A DNA stretch of 25,741 bases, from positions 1 to 25,741 of the forward strand of contig JAWAQK010000035.1 of the NCBI GenBank assembly GCA_038893995.1, read 5' to 3'. Each line of letters opens with the position of its first letter. Within the stretch, counting starts at the first letter, position 1. Position numbers and translations under genes: made by a program. The notes under the pieces are model-generated. The model worked only from the letters and a program-made list of their open reading frames with translations, was not told the DNA's origin and did not search any database. Origin of the DNA: Candidatus Thorarchaeota archaeon (GTDB taxonomy: Archaea > Asgardarchaeota > Thorarchaeia > Thorarchaeales > Thorarchaeaceae). This document shows positions 25,030-25,741 of the stretch, in pieces.

Positions 25030-25741
25030 CTGTCCCACCATCCTGGATATGGGTCTAGGCTACCGAAGATAACGATAAAGTCTGCAAATCTGGCCCCAGG
25101 CACTAGGTGTTTCAGCGCGTAGTATGAGTTGAAACAGGGTCCTCTGACCTTGGCCCGGTACGGAGTCTGTGCCTTGTCAGTCGTCTTGAGCCAGACTGTG
25201 GTGATACCTCTTGTTCCCTCGACCCGCCCATATGCCTCGCCCGCAGGAAGTCTGTTGGTCTTGGCTCGGGCCTTGGGGTCCACTATGGGTCCACTCGGGA
25301 GTTGACGCAGTAGCCCTCTGATGATCTGGATTGAGGTCTCCATCTCCAAGAAGCGCTGCACCATCCTGTCATATGCATCACTCTCGCCAGGATGCTCTGG
25401 GCTCTCAACCACTGGCACCTCCCAGTCGACCATGTCGTAGGCAAGATTGGGGTCAGGGGCGTCCTTCCGGAGGTCCATGGGAATGCCACAGGCCTTTATG
25501 TTCGGGCCACTTAGACCCAGCCTGAGAGCCTGCTTTCCACTGAACTGTCCCACGCCCTTTGTCCGGAGGCGGAAGGTCGGACTGCCCATCAGCATGTCGC
25601 GGAACTTGGGAAGCCTCTCCTCGAGACGAGAGACCGCCTGCTCGAGCCTTGCCACCGACTTCTCGGTGAAGTCATACCTGACGCCGCCAGGAGTGCTGTA
25701 GGACACTGTGTGCCGAGACCCAGTCAGCTCCTCGAAGGCAT
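25026..25741 (-). CDS. nuoD: complex I-like subunit D (NuoD/FpoD; hydrogenase large-subunit homolog), 5'-truncated by window edge
   Basis: The frame is open to the window end (AFEELTGSRHTVSYSTPGGVRYD). Motifs: RTKGVG, GLSGP..KACG..MDLRKD, DAYDR...RFLEM..S, GEAY..VEG.RG, PYR.KVRGP and ADFIVIFGSLDPYPGWWDR. Confidence 0.9.
   Translation of the reverse strand, partial: AFEELTGSRHTVSYSTPGGVRYDFTEKSVARLEQAVSRLEERLPKFRDMLMGSPTFRLRTKGVGQFSGKQALRLGLSGPNIKACGIPMDLRKDAPDPNLAYDMVDWEVPVVESPEHPGESDAYDRMVQRFLEMETSIQIIRGLLRQLPSGPIVDPKARAKTNRLPAGEAYGRVEGTRGITTVWLKTTDKAQTPYRAKVRGPCFNSYYALKHLVPGARFADFIVIFGSLDPYPGWWDR

Noticed and set aside
25026-25741. Group 4 [NiFe]-hydrogenase or Mbx/MBS large subunit
   Set aside because: The C-terminal motif contains no cysteine (DPYPGWWDR).
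1-25741. CRISPR arrays, tRNA/rRNA, transposases/integrases
   Set aside because: No regularly spaced repeats, cloverleaf/rRNA signatures or recombinase motifs were seen by eye. tRNAscan-SE/Infernal would be needed to exclude small RNAs in the 200-330 bp intergenic gaps.

Overview
Archaeal genomic window, roughly 55% GC by eye. Gene content suggests an Asgard/Thorarchaeia-like host, which is an inference from the beta-helix + ~90-aa Ig-repeat surface proteins, a single-OB SSB, 2-phosphoglycerate kinase, TATA boxes and GGAGGTGA ribosome-binding sites. Left third: a CoA-disulfide reductase/NADH oxidase-family flavoprotein, a lipobox membrane protein with a Zn-ribbon and a putative wHTH, a secreted permuted NlpC/P60 (YiiX/LRAT-like) enzyme fused to a C2-like domain, an OB-fold SSB, a 2PGK-family kinase and a SAM methyltransferase-like protein. 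Middle: three large C-terminally anchored surface glycoproteins. Right: the distal part of a minus-strand complex-I-like operon, nuoD(partial)-H-I-M'-L-M-N. The stand-out system is this operon. It has four antiporter-like subunits instead of three, and the NuoL lateral helix carries an exact 26-residue tandem duplication, the structural hallmark of '2M' complex I variants thought to pump an extra ion. Its catalytic and H subunits are also atypical: the NuoD C-terminus is a Cys-less hydrogenase-like DPYPGWWDR, quinone-chamber charges in NuoH are lost, and the extra M subunit has a Lys->Glu change. No rRNA, tRNA, CRISPR array or mobile element was seen.
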